Shown here in pieces: positions 8,987-18,971 of a stretch of 64,000 bases of DNA. The notes under the pieces were generated by a model. That model saw only the letters and a program-made list of their open reading frames with translations. It ran no database searches and had not been told where the DNA came from. The stretch comes from Lachnospiraceae bacterium (GTDB taxonomy: Bacteria; Bacillota; Clostridia; Lachnospirales; Lachnospiraceae). The first letter of the stretch is position 1, and each line of letters opens with the position of its first letter. A program made the position numbers and the translations under genes. The stretch is taken from the NCBI GenBank assembly GCA_014804785.1, contig JAAUZD010000016.1:49256-113255 (forward strand). Reading direction: 5' to 3'.

Positions 8987-10156
8987 TCAACTTCCTCTTT
9001 TGATATCATTAAGGAATTCTATCATTTCATTTTCAAACGTCTTAACATGATTCGATGCTATTTTACCTTGATGTCCATTTGTACACTCAAGCAGAATCGT
9101 GTGCTGGAATGGTGAATTCATACGGATTTTTTTAGATGTCTTTACACAAAACCGGACAGGACATCCTATCAGAACCAGTTCATTTATCTTAAGTGCGATG
9201 ATTTCTGCCTCTGATACCTGCTGCTGTCCACAAGCCGGAAAAATTATTTTTCTTCTATGTAATCTTACAGCTCCTCTTACTTCTTCACAGGAAATGAAAT
9301 CCATGGCCTGCACCACTGAGCGTGCAAGCCGCCGACTCAACAGTTCTATGAATAGAAATCCACGTTTCTGAATATCCGATTGCTCTATTTTCTTTTCACC
9401 GTCAATGTAATCCCATTCCGCCCGAAGCGTGGGCCACTGATCGGCAGATGCCCCCAGCAAATAGACTGCATTCGCACATAATTGCTCTTCCAGCAGCCGC
9501 TCCGAGCCGGATGCCATATCTCCGGAAATGAGACGATTTCCTTCGTATGAAAACGCATTTTCCAAAACCCCCGCCGCAGAGCTGACAGTGAACAGAACAG
9601 ATATTAATTCTCCTGCATCGTTTTCAAATCTGATTACCGGAAGCAGATGCTCCGTTTCTCCGGATTCATTTGTTGCTCTAAAAAATTCCCTATTCCTTTT
9701 CAGAACGCAGTTGACTCCTACCCGGCACACTCCATATCCTATTCCAATCTTTACCGGAACCAAATTTGCCTGTGCTTCAAGTGCAGCCATTAAAAGAGCT
9801 GACAAGACAACACGGTGAAGCAAAGTACTCTTTGCATCCTCCTGCCTCTCACTGGTTTCCTTTGGGCAACTACAGCTTGGTGTAGAAAAGACCTGATTGA
9901 CATGAAGTATAACATTTTCCACTGAACAGTTCACTGTATTTGCTATTTTTTGCCGGATATCATGCCAATCATCAATATCTACAATATCACAAACCGCAAA
10001 CACAATGCGGCGATCTGATTCCAACACTGTGACATGAACCAGCGGCGTGTCATGTACACCTGAAAACCCCTCCTGCCCACTGGAAAAAAAATCCTGCGGG
10101 TACAAAATACCTGCTTTTCCGACACCTATTTTCAACATAAATCCATTCCCTCTCAT
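8987..10156 (-). CDS. Hypothetical protein (weak neutral-ceramidase-like N-terminus)
   Basis: 389-aa ORF whose start overlaps the upstream stop. An alternative Met at 10138 has a GAGGG RBS. The N-terminus KIGVGKAGILYP...HDTPLVHVTVLESDRRIVFAVCDIVDI loosely resembles ceramidase-type N-termini. No secure motif. Confidence 0.6.
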   Translation of the reverse strand: MRGNGFMLKIGVGKAGILYPQDFFSSGQEGFSGVHDTPLVHVTVLESDRRIVFAVCDIVDIDDWHDIRQKIANTVNCSVENVILHVNQVFSTPSCSCPKETSERQEDAKSTLLHRVVLSALLMAALEAQANLVPVKIGIGYGVCRVGVNCVLKRNREFFRATNESGETEHLLPVIRFENDAGELISVLFTVSSAAGVLENAFSYEGNRLISGDMASGSERLLEEQLCANAVYLLGASADQWPTLRAEWDYIDGEKKIEQSDIQKRGFLFIELLSRRLARSVVQAMDFISCEEVRGAVRLHRRKIIFPACGQQQVSEAEIIALKINELVLIGCPVRFCVKTSKKIRMNSPFQHTILLECTNGHQGKIASNHVKTFENEMIEFLNDIKRGS

Positions 10157-11301
10157 TATAATTTCACATACGTCACATAAGCTGCCGCAGATTGATTTAC
10201 CAGCCTTCCGGTGGTTTCAAGCATGCCATCTTCCTGTATTCGGAACACTTCAATATCCCCAGACTTCATACATGTTGTAATCAAATATCTTCCATCCGGT
10301 GACACTGTCCCTCCTCTCAGCCATTTTCCCCTGCTTACTTTTTGGTTCTGAATCAATATCATTTTTCCGGTTTCTTCATCAACCTCAAAAACCGCAATGA
10401 CTTCAGGTCCATTAATCATATCATAAATATATTTTCCGTTTGGATGAATTGCCAGACCTTGTTGTTCATCATGACTGATGTCACGCTCAGAATGATCCGC
10501 ACACGCAATTCCCTCTGCAGTAAATAGCAATGTGATTTTTCCCTGCTCATCATATTTAAAACTGGACAATGCTGTATTTCCTTCATAGTTTACAAATAAA
10601 ATTCTTTTCTTTGGATGAAACACGCAATACCTTGGCATGCTTCCGGGAATATCTTTGTAAGGCACATCACATAAAACCAATTTATCTTCTGCCAGCTTAT
10701 ACATGTAAATACTATCATTTCCTTTATCGCACACCGCAAATAGATCATCAATTGGAGACTTCACTACACAATGAGGTCGGGCGTGCTTTTGCTGTGGGCG
10801 GATGCCAGAACCGGTATGCTTAGCCACATCCAGAAGTTCTCCGATTCTTCCGTCCTCATTTACCTCAAACAAATTCACCACCGCATCATCCTGCACAGTC
10901 TGCATGTAATATTTTCCAAATGCATCTTTTCTGATCTTGCTGACCGCTCCAAACCCTGAATGATTGGAAACTAAGATTTTCTGTCCGGTTTTATCCATAG
11001 CTATGAAAGTAGGGTTTGGGCAAAATGTCAAAGTTCTGTCCATTTCCTTGAGGCTCCCATCATCTAATATTTGATAGGTCAGGATCGCGCCGGAATTGAT
11101 ATTCTGTATATTTGCCACTTCATTACATACATACAATATCCTTTTTTCCTGTGATACAAAAGACGCATTACATGAATCTTCTTGATTCATCATCCTACAA
11201 AAACGCAGTTCTCCTGTTGACGGCTCCAATTCATAGACTCCGATTCCCGGTTCACCGCCAAAATTATTCCAGCTGCTGATATACACAAATGTCTTTAACA
11301 T
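10156..11301 (-). CDS. Lactonase-family 7-bladed beta-propeller protein
   Basis: 381 aa. N-terminus FVYISSWNNFGGEPGIGVYELEPSTGELRF, and the periodic repeats through the protein are typical of the 6-phosphogluconolactonase-like beta-propeller family. Confidence 0.65.
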   Translation of the reverse strand: MLKTFVYISSWNNFGGEPGIGVYELEPSTGELRFCRMMNQEDSCNASFVSQEKRILYVCNEVANIQNINSGAILTYQILDDGSLKEMDRTLTFCPNPTFIAMDKTGQKILVSNHSGFGAVSKIRKDAFGKYYMQTVQDDAVVNLFEVNEDGRIGELLDVAKHTGSGIRPQQKHARPHCVVKSPIDDLFAVCDKGNDSIYMYKLAEDKLVLCDVPYKDIPGSMPRYCVFHPKKRILFVNYEGNTALSSFKYDEQGKITLLFTAEGIACADHSERDISHDEQQGLAIHPNGKYIYDMINGPEVIAVFEVDEETGKMILIQNQKVSRGKWLRGGTVSPDGRYLITTCMKSGDIEVFRIQEDGMLETTGRLVNQSAAAYVTYVKL

Positions 11302-11333
11302 ATTTTAATAATTTCCTCCTTCATTCTATGCAG

Positions 11334-12281
11334 TTATAACTCATGCACTCTGCAACATGAGACAAAGTGATTCTTCTCGACCTCAACAAGCTTTTGAGGC
11401 TGGTTACAGGCTTCCTGTGCATATGGGCATCTCGGCGCAAAACGACAACCAGGTTTCGGATTAATTGCAGATGTAATTTCTCCCTTTAAAGCTAAAAGCT
11501 CCAATGGTTTTCTAATGTCTGTTGATGGAATTGCAGATAATAACGCTTTCGTATAGGGATGAAGCGCATTTGTAAATAAGCTTTCTGTCTCCGCCTTCTC
11601 CACAAGCTGTCCCAGATACATCACGCAAATATTATTGGAAATATGGCGTACGACAGATAGATCATGTGTAATAAACATATAAGTAACTTTTGTTCTTTCC
11701 TGGATATCCATCAAAAGATTTAAAACCTGTGCTTGAATAGATACATCTAATGCTGATACCGGTTCATCACATACGACAAACTTAGGATTTAGCGCCAATG
11801 CTCTTGCAATTCCGACACGCTGTCTTCTTCCACCATCAAGCTCGTGGGGATATGCCTGCCGCAAACGCTGATCAATTCCAACCATATCCATTAATCGCTC
11901 AGATTCCTCCGTAATTTGTGCTTTCTTATATTTTTTAGAAAGCTTCATCGGCTCTCTTACAATCGATTCGATGCACATGCGGGGATTTAGAGACGAATAG
12001 GGATCCTGAAAGATCATCTGTATTTCTTCCCGCACTTTCGTTAATTCTTTTCCCTTAATATGGGTGATGTCCTTTCCTTCCAAAAGGATTTCCCCGTCCG
12101 TAGGCTCCAGCAGATGCATCAGCACCCTTCCTAAAGTGGATTTTCCGCATCCGGATTCACCAACTACTCCTAATGTTTCTCCATGCTCTATCGAAAAGGT
12201 GACGTCATCTACCGCATGATTTACACCATGTGCACTCTTAAAATATTTTTTCAAGTGATTGACTTCTATAATATTACTCAT
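11334..12281 (-). CDS. Opp/Dpp-type ABC transporter ATP-binding protein (OppF-like)
   Basis: Walker A GESGCGKST, Walker B VVCDEPVSALD, C-terminal oligopeptide-type extension with Cys motif. Start MSNIIEVNHL follows a GGAGG RBS and overlaps the upstream gene by 8 nt. Confidence 0.9.
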   Translation of the reverse strand: MSNIIEVNHLKKYFKSAHGVNHAVDDVTFSIEHGETLGVVGESGCGKSTLGRVLMHLLEPTDGEILLEGKDITHIKGKELTKVREEIQMIFQDPYSSLNPRMCIESIVREPMKLSKKYKKAQITEESERLMDMVGIDQRLRQAYPHELDGGRRQRVGIARALALNPKFVVCDEPVSALDVSIQAQVLNLLMDIQERTKVTYMFITHDLSVVRHISNNICVMYLGQLVEKAETESLFTNALHPYTKALLSAIPSTDIRKPLELLALKGEITSAINPKPGCRFAPRCPYAQEACNQPQKLVEVEKNHFVSCCRVHEL

Positions 12282-13266
12282 CTGCTGTACCTCCATGCTT
12301 TAAATTGCAACAGGCGCAAAAATGACCAGGCTCTAATTCCACTACAGGCATCTGCCCCTGTCTGCATTTTTCGGTGGACTGTGGGCAGCGTGGATGAAAA
12401 GGACACCCTGAAGGAAGATTGGTGGGATCTGCCGGCAGCCCTTCAATGGGTGTAAGCCTCCGTACTTTTTTATCCATACTCGGTAAAGAAGAAAACAGTC
12501 CTTTCGTATAAGGATGAGACGGATTTAAAAACACATCATTACGTTCTCCGGCTTCCACCACAGTGCCTGCATACACAACAATTACCCGGTCGCTTGTCTG
12601 CGCTACAACCCCCAGATCATGGGTAATCAAAATCATTGAGGCACTATACTGTTTTTTCAGATCATTGATAAGACCTATCACCTGTGCTTGAATCGTCACA
12701 TCTAACGCAGTGGTGGGTTCATCAGCAAGAATTAATTCCGGATTACATGCCAGTGCCATTGCGATCACGACCCTTTGCTTCATGCCGCCCGAAAACTGAA
12801 AAGGATATTCCCCGAAACGGGTAACGGGAATACCGACCAATTCCAGCATTTCTTTTGCTTTTTTACACGCCTCATCTTTATTACTGTATCCATGCAGCAA
12901 ATAGCAATCTACGATTTGGCTCCCAACGGTTTTTACAGGATTTAATGCTGTCATTGGATCCTGAAAAATCATGGCAACCTTTTTGCCTCTGATTTCTGTC
13001 ATTTCCTTTTCCGGTTTCTCCAAAAGGTTTTCACCATCCAGCCAGACCTCGCCCTCACGGATCTTTGCCGGCGGATCCGGCAAAATTCTCATGATTGTTT
13101 TTGCCAGAGTCGTTTTTCCTGCGCCTGTCTCTCCGACAATTGCCAAGGTTTCTCCTTTTTTCATGGTAAATGAAATACCATTAACCGCATGAACAATTTT
13201 CTTGTCAGAAGTGTATTCAACACAAAGATTTTTTACTTCGAGAAATTCATTTCCTTGTTTTTCCAT
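12274..13266 (-). CDS. Opp/Dpp-type ABC transporter ATP-binding protein (OppD-like)
   Basis: Walker A GETGAGKTT, signature FSGGMKQRVVIA, Walker B ILADEPTTALD. Confidence 0.9.
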   Translation of the reverse strand: MEKQGNEFLEVKNLCVEYTSDKKIVHAVNGISFTMKKGETLAIVGETGAGKTTLAKTIMRILPDPPAKIREGEVWLDGENLLEKPEKEMTEIRGKKVAMIFQDPMTALNPVKTVGSQIVDCYLLHGYSNKDEACKKAKEMLELVGIPVTRFGEYPFQFSGGMKQRVVIAMALACNPELILADEPTTALDVTIQAQVIGLINDLKKQYSASMILITHDLGVVAQTSDRVIVVYAGTVVEAGERNDVFLNPSHPYTKGLFSSLPSMDKKVRRLTPIEGLPADPTNLPSGCPFHPRCPQSTEKCRQGQMPVVELEPGHFCACCNLKHGGTADE

Positions 13267-13275
13267 GACTACCTC

Positions 13276-14148
13276 CTATTTTCTTAATTTAGGGTCCAAA
13301 GCGTCCCGAAGACCATCACCTAAAAGATTGGTTGCAAAAACAGTCAACGCAATAAAGATTCCCGGAATAATAATCAAATATGGATAACTCATTAAATGCA
13401 TTCTTGCATCTGATAATAAGGCGCCCCACTCCGGAGTTGGCGGCTGAACACCAAGACCTATATAACTTAACGATGCCGCCATGGCGATATTATCGCCAAT
13501 CCCCATCGTCAGGCAGATAATCATAGGTGAAATTGCATTGGGCAGCATATGTTTAAAGATAATTCTTGCTTTAGAACAATTTATCGTTTCGGCAGCCTCT
13601 AGGTATTCCTGAGAACGCTCAATAAGCACCTGTGAACGCATCATTCGCACATTAGAAGGAACCTGTGACACAGCAAGCGCTATAATTGTATTTACAAATC
13701 CCGGACCTAACGCCGACGAAATCAAAATGCAAAGCAGAATTGCAGGCAGGGAAGAAATAATATCAAGAATCCGCATAATAAACGATTCCACAAATCCTCC
13801 ATAATATCCGGCAATACATCCCAGAAAAATCGCCACAACTGTGCTAAATATCGCACCGCAGAATCCAAGTGCCAGAGAATATCTTCCACCATATAAAATC
13901 CGAGTGAACAAATCCCTGCCAACTGTATCTGTGCCAAAAATATGTTGTAATGACGGTCCATGAAACCGTTCGGACATCTGCATCTCATTGACTCCATAGG
14001 GTGCAATCAGGGGAGCAAAAATGCAGGCGAGAATGATAATTGCCAGAAGTATCGCACCAATCTTTGCGCCTGCCGACCGGACAGTCCCCTGCAAAACCCC
14101 TACCCAGACCGGAGTACGTTTCACTTTTTTCTTTTCTCTTTCCATCAC
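13276..14148 (-). CDS. ABC transporter permease (OppC/DppC-like)
   Basis: 290 aa, 6 TM, binding-protein-dependent transport signature region. Adjacent to the OppB-like gene. Confidence 0.88.
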   Translation of the reverse strand: MMEREKKKVKRTPVWVGVLQGTVRSAGAKIGAILLAIIILACIFAPLIAPYGVNEMQMSERFHGPSLQHIFGTDTVGRDLFTRILYGGRYSLALGFCGAIFSTVVAIFLGCIAGYYGGFVESFIMRILDIISSLPAILLCILISSALGPGFVNTIIALAVSQVPSNVRMMRSQVLIERSQEYLEAAETINCSKARIIFKHMLPNAISPMIICLTMGIGDNIAMAASLSYIGLGVQPPTPEWGALLSDARMHLMSYPYLIIIPGIFIALTVFATNLLGDGLRDALDPKLRK

Positions 14149-15090
14149 TCATCGTCCTCCTTTTGAAAATTGTGCTCTAATACGAGGATCGATTGCCGCA
14201 TAGGCAAGGTCTACTGCCAGCATAATGAGCGAAACACACAGCGCCAGAAACAGCACACATGCTCTTACTGTTGGATAGTCACGCTGGTTGATTGCTGTTA
14301 GCAGATAATTTCCAACACCAGGAATGGAAAATACTGATTCAATGACGGGAGCTCCTGCTATTATGCCTGATAAGATACGCCCCATATTTGTAATAGTCGG
14401 CATCAGGGCATTGGGCAGCATCTCCTTGTAAATCACTAATTTTTCCTTCATTCCCTTTGCTCTTGCTGTGGTAATATAATCTGCGCGAAAAACTTCAACA
14501 ATACTGTTTCGCATAAAACGTGCATTAACGGCAATACCTGCAACCGCACTGGCAATAATCGGCATAATATAATATTCGTATCCACCGATGCCATAGGCAG
14601 GAAGAAGATTTAGCTTGGCGGAGAATAAAAGAACAAGCATCAATGCAACCCAAAAATTAGGGCATGCGATAAAAACCATCAAAATGCACATCACTAATGA
14701 ATCCTGCCATTTTCCTGCATGTACTCCGGCAAATATGCCCATTAAAATTCCAATTGCCAAATTGATTACCATTGCGCCAATCCCTATTGTCAAGGTCCTT
14801 GGAATTCTTGTCATAAGTTCGCCAAACACGGGCGTTCCATAAGTCCACGACTTACCAAAATCGAATTTTATGAACGTATTGTACATAAATTCGCCAAGTT
14901 GTACTGCATAGGGGCGGTTCAAGCCAAGCGTCTCCCTCAGTGCTTCCTTTTCCGCCCATGTAGCTGAAATGCCAAGCTGTGCATCAGCAGGATCCGCTGG
15001 TGTAAAATATAAAAGTGTAAATATTAAGAATGCTGACGCTACTAAAATGAGTATCATTGTTAATAAGCGCCGGATGATATATCTGCACAT
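14149..15090 (-). CDS. ABC transporter permease (OppB/DppB-like)
   Basis: MCRYIIRRLLTMILILVASAFLIF... is a typical OppB N-terminus. The start at 15090 is 5 nt after GGAGG. Confidence 0.88.
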   Translation of the reverse strand: MCRYIIRRLLTMILILVASAFLIFTLLYFTPADPADAQLGISATWAEKEALRETLGLNRPYAVQLGEFMYNTFIKFDFGKSWTYGTPVFGELMTRIPRTLTIGIGAMVINLAIGILMGIFAGVHAGKWQDSLVMCILMVFIACPNFWVALMLVLLFSAKLNLLPAYGIGGYEYYIMPIIASAVAGIAVNARFMRNSIVEVFRADYITTARAKGMKEKLVIYKEMLPNALMPTITNMGRILSGIIAGAPVIESVFSIPGVGNYLLTAINQRDYPTVRACVLFLALCVSLIMLAVDLAYAAIDPRIRAQFSKGGR

Positions 15091-15186
15091 AGAAACCTCC
15101 ATTAACAGTAAATCCGGGAAGTGCTGTAAAATTACAGCACTTCCACACTTTTGTTACCTATGACTCTATAAAGGCCATTTTTATTT

Positions 15187-16806
15187 TTAGTCCAAATTAT
15201 AAGTGGAGCAGGAAGGGAATATATAAACCTTATCATTTTCTGGTATGATACAGTCCTTGGTCACAACGGCTCTTAAGTCAATTCCAATCATAATCCAGCT
15301 GTACGCATTTTCTATACAATAATCTCCCAATGCGGTAATGGTTGCATCCCCATGTGTTTTCACGTTGCAGGCCTCCTGCACAAGTCTCTGTAATTCGTCA
15401 TCTTTAATGAATCCAAGTGCATATTCATTATTTTGATTTGCTGCATTAAACAATTTGTCCACTTCATTTGTGATAAATGTGCCACCAGCACCAAAAATCA
15501 TTAAATCCCATGCACTAGGCTCTGAAAGAGAAGTGTCAAGAATTGTCTGGTCAACCGCATTAATCTTTGTGCGAATGCCTACATTTTCAAGACATACCTG
15601 CATAACCATTGCTGCGTTCTTATATTGTTCTGAAGTGGAAGTAACTAAAAGCAATTCCTCTCCATTATAAGCTGTTTTTGCAAGATACTCTTTTGCAAGT
15701 TCCGGGTCACAAGTGTTAGCAAAGGTGGTCTTTTCTTCTGTTGCAGCAACATAGTCCGGGCAAGCTACAGATCCGAATCCATGACAGGCAAATGTTCCTG
15801 CCATTGCCTCTGCAACTGCATCACTGTCAATTGCGTAGAAAATAGCTTTTCGCATATTAACATCACTTGTCAGCGCACTACTGTCACAATTGGGAAGTAA
15901 AGCCCAAAAATCAGTACTGGGAAGGCTGACACACTGTAAAGTATCAGAATTCTGGAAACTTTCAAATGCTTCATCAGCAAGATAGTAAGCAACATCTATC
16001 GTACCTTGTTGAAGTCCGATTACAGCCTGGGATGACTCCGTAATAATGTCAAATTCAAGTCTGTCAACGTTCGCCTGCTGATGTTGTGTACGAAGTTCTT
16101 CCGGCTGCCAATAATTTTCATTATAAGTCAGGACAATTTTAGAACCTGCTGTAAACTCCTCCACAATATAAGGGCCAGTACCTACAGGCTTTGTAGCCCA
16201 AGTATCTTCATTCCATTCTGAACTGCTGTAAATAGGAACCTGGCACCAAATATGTTCAAAAGGTCCCATATCTGTTGGTTCAAATGCCCACTCAAATTCC
16301 ACCACATAATCACCTACTGCTGTAACTTTGCCAAAATAACTCCATCTTCTTAAATAGCCTGCATCAATAAATCGTTCATAACATTCGACAACATCCTGTG
16401 CCGTAATATTATTTCCGTTCCAGTCTGTAATATAGTCATACAGCTCTACTTGATAGTGCGTTGGATCAATTACTGTATATCCTTTTGCCGCACGGTTAAT
16501 ATATTCTCCATCAATAAAATCAAATAACGTGTCATAAATTGCGTTATAGACCGGCGGTTTTGCATTTGCTTTGCAGTTCCATGGAAGCAATTCTGCCGGG
16601 TCATTGCTGAGTGCCATGGTAATAGAATCATATCTTCCATTATCATCTGCATCTTTTAACGCTCCGCCGGCTGCTGTTCCGTCCGATCCTTCTTCTGCGC
16701 CGTGTGTCTGTGATCCAGCATCTGGTGTCTGCGTATCTGCATTTCCACATGCAAAGACTGAAAACATCATTAGTACTGTCATTAATGTTGCAATTATCTT
16801 TTTCAT
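15187..16806 (-). CDS. ABC transporter substrate-binding lipoprotein, family 5 (peptide/nickel/opine type)
   Basis: 539 aa with a lipoprotein signal peptide MKKIIATLMTVLMMFSVFAC-G. Family-5 SBP size and its position upstream of the permeases. Confidence 0.85.
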   Translation of the reverse strand: MKKIIATLMTVLMMFSVFACGNADTQTPDAGSQTHGAEEGSDGTAAGGALKDADDNGRYDSITMALSNDPAELLPWNCKANAKPPVYNAIYDTLFDFIDGEYINRAAKGYTVIDPTHYQVELYDYITDWNGNNITAQDVVECYERFIDAGYLRRWSYFGKVTAVGDYVVEFEWAFEPTDMGPFEHIWCQVPIYSSSEWNEDTWATKPVGTGPYIVEEFTAGSKIVLTYNENYWQPEELRTQHQQANVDRLEFDIITESSQAVIGLQQGTIDVAYYLADEAFESFQNSDTLQCVSLPSTDFWALLPNCDSSALTSDVNMRKAIFYAIDSDAVAEAMAGTFACHGFGSVACPDYVAATEEKTTFANTCDPELAKEYLAKTAYNGEELLLVTSTSEQYKNAAMVMQVCLENVGIRTKINAVDQTILDTSLSEPSAWDLMIFGAGGTFITNEVDKLFNAANQNNEYALGFIKDDELQRLVQEACNVKTHGDATITALGDYCIENAYSWIMIGIDLRAVVTKDCIIPENDKVYIFPSCSTYNLD

Positions 16807-16852
16807 ATTTTTTACCGTCCCTTTCTTTGATTACTATAGCTTTTTGTTAGTT

Positions 16853-17746
16853 TTAGGCCAATGTTCTTTCAGCCTTGTGCAATCCAGCGAACTCCATGAA
16901 TCTCTCAACGGATTCTTCCCAGAACGGAGAGTTATGTGTTGCCTGATCATACATGTCAAAAGTGATATTTTCAACGTTAAGCTCATCACAATGATCTTTA
17001 AAAAGCCCCATCATGGGTCCCCATTTCTTTTCAATAGCACCCGATACGAAAATCTTCGGCATTTTACCTGCCGCTGCCGCCTCGTCAAAACGTGCCCATG
17101 TATTTTCAATAGAATCCAGGAAATCTCCTACCGTTGGATATCTACATATTGTCACCAATTCCTTTGCATGAAGCGTCCCAGAATCAATTCCATAAGCCGT
17201 TGGAATTTTTTCTCTTTCTGAAAGTTCTCTGAACTCTTTATTTGTCAGATTACGATACGGCTCAAGATAACTATAATTTAACGGCTGATTACATAAAGGT
17301 CCTACATAACCAAAAATTTCGGGATAAGATAGTCCATATCTCCAGCTTGCTGCACATCCCATAGAGTTACCTGAAATCAAGTTTTCTTCAGGGTCATCCG
17401 AACCGTGAAACCATGTTCTGACGAGCGGAACAAGCTCTTTTATAAAGAAATCTTCAAACATAAATCCCTCGCCCACTCCAGGCTGATTTGCAAAATCAAA
17501 ATTAGGTGCATAGGGCGCTACCATAATGCAGTTCCTCTCTGATGCGTAACGAGGCACTTTATTATAAGTCACCCAATCTGCAAAACTTCCGTAACCGCCA
17601 TGCAGCATCCACAAAACCGGAAATTTTTTATTTCCTCCGTAAAACTCATCCACATCAGCATCTGTAAGCGGATTTGGCGTAATGATTGTGACGTCTACTG
17701 TGCCTGCAATGTATTTTGATCTAAGTTTAATATAAAATTCCGACAT
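16853..17746 (-). CDS. Alpha/beta-hydrolase esterase (putative-esterase/EstA-like family)
   Basis: 297 aa. Oxyanion region PVLWMLHGGYGSFADW, nucleophile elbow GNSMGC (GxSxG). No signal peptide. Confidence 0.8.
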   Translation of the reverse strand: MSEFYIKLRSKYIAGTVDVTIITPNPLTDADVDEFYGGNKKFPVLWMLHGGYGSFADWVTYNKVPRYASERNCIMVAPYAPNFDFANQPGVGEGFMFEDFFIKELVPLVRTWFHGSDDPEENLISGNSMGCAASWRYGLSYPEIFGYVGPLCNQPLNYSYLEPYRNLTNKEFRELSEREKIPTAYGIDSGTLHAKELVTICRYPTVGDFLDSIENTWARFDEAAAAGKMPKIFVSGAIEKKWGPMMGLFKDHCDELNVENITFDMYDQATHNSPFWEESVERFMEFAGLHKAERTLA

Positions 17747-17779
17747 TTTTCCCTCCTGTCCGGCAGTTTCCTTTTAATT

Positions 17780-18721
17780 TTAATGAAGTGTAATTCCGTT
17801 TTCTTCATCTTCAAAATCATTTGAACCTGTTTTAATTGGTGCACTGCCATCATTCTTTTCAACATTTTCAAGTCCTGCAAAATCCATAAAATCTTCTACT
17901 GCATTTTCCCAAAAGTCTGTATTGTATGAAGGTTTATCGCTAAGATCAAATGTAATATTCGTCACTCCTAAATCTTCTGTATGCTTTTTAAAATCAGCCA
18001 TTTCCGTGGCATTCCCCGGAAGATAAATACGAGGCAGTCTTCCATCTTTTGCCGCTTCGTCAAATCTTGCCATAGTATTTTCCATGGAATCTAAAAAATC
18101 GCCAACTGTGGCATACTTGCATATATTATTGATCTCCCGCATACGCAATCTCTGCCCTTTTTCTCCATAAGCTGATAAAATATATTTTTCCCCTGCCATC
18201 TTTCTAAAATCATCTCTGCACATATCACGATATTCTTCCAGATGCCTGTAGTCGTTAGGTGCCTGCCCCAAAGGTGCAATACAGCCAAACGTTCCCGGAT
18301 TCAGCAGCCCATAACGCCATACCGCTTCGCACCCCATGGAATTCCCTGCAAGAAAATTTCTGGCTGGATCTGATGATGCAGGAAACCAATTATAAATAAA
18401 CGGCATCAGCTCATGATAAAAAAAGTCATAAAATTTATATCCTTCCCCAACAAGTGGTTGATTAATAAAATCACTATTTGGAACAGACGGTGCAACAATA
18501 ATGGTATTTTTCCAAATTCCTAATCTTGGAACAGAGCTATAAGTAATCCAATCTGCATATGTATCTTCTCCTCCATGCAATAGCCATAGTACAGGAAACT
18601 TTTTCCCTGAATTATAAAATCGCTCTGGTTTGTGCCCTACAAAAGGATTTGGCATAATAATATTTAAATCAACTGTACCGTCAAGATAATTTGACCTTAA
18701 TTTTACAAAATATTCAGACAA
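17780..18721 (-). CDS. Alpha/beta-hydrolase esterase, paralog of 16853..17746
   Basis: 313 aa. PVLWLLHGGEDTYADW, GNSMGC. Alignable end to end with the downstream esterase. First gene of the operon. Confidence 0.8.
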   Translation of the reverse strand: MSEYFVKLRSNYLDGTVDLNIIMPNPFVGHKPERFYNSGKKFPVLWLLHGGEDTYADWITYSSVPRLGIWKNTIIVAPSVPNSDFINQPLVGEGYKFYDFFYHELMPFIYNWFPASSDPARNFLAGNSMGCEAVWRYGLLNPGTFGCIAPLGQAPNDYRHLEEYRDMCRDDFRKMAGEKYILSAYGEKGQRLRMREINNICKYATVGDFLDSMENTMARFDEAAKDGRLPRIYLPGNATEMADFKKHTEDLGVTNITFDLSDKPSYNTDFWENAVEDFMDFAGLENVEKNDGSAPIKTGSNDFEDEENGITLH

Positions 18722-18840
18722 GCGTTCATCCCTCCTTTTATTGATTGTTCATGCACAATTACCTTGTACATTGCCGCCATTACCGGTTGTGACGGCTTTT
18801 AAAGCTATCAATTTGTACAAATCTGCTGTCTTACAAGTTA

Positions 18841-18870
18841 ATAATATCAGCACATTTAACAACAGTCCAA
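18841..18870 (-). promoter_or_regulatory. Possible promoter of the esterase/ABC operon
   Basis: Minus strand TTGGAC (18865-18870), 18-nt spacer, TATTAT (18841-18846). Moderate match only. Confidence 0.3.
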
Positions 18871-18941
18871 CAGGAGTATTCCAAAAATCAACAGCAAAAA
18901 ACCTGTGATTTTTATTGTTATAATTTGGATTTTTGCTATAG

Positions 18942-18971
18942 TTGACAAAAAAAAACTTCACATGCTATCAT
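18942..18971 (+). promoter_or_regulatory. Promoter of the LysR-family regulator gene
   Basis: TTGACA (18942-18947), 18-nt spacer, TATCAT (18966-18971), 45 nt upstream of the ATG. Confidence 0.55.

Noticed and set aside
16571-17221. 216-aa plus-strand ORF spanning the SBP/esterase junction.
   Set aside because: It is antisense to two well-supported genes, has no RBS, and has low-complexity composition.
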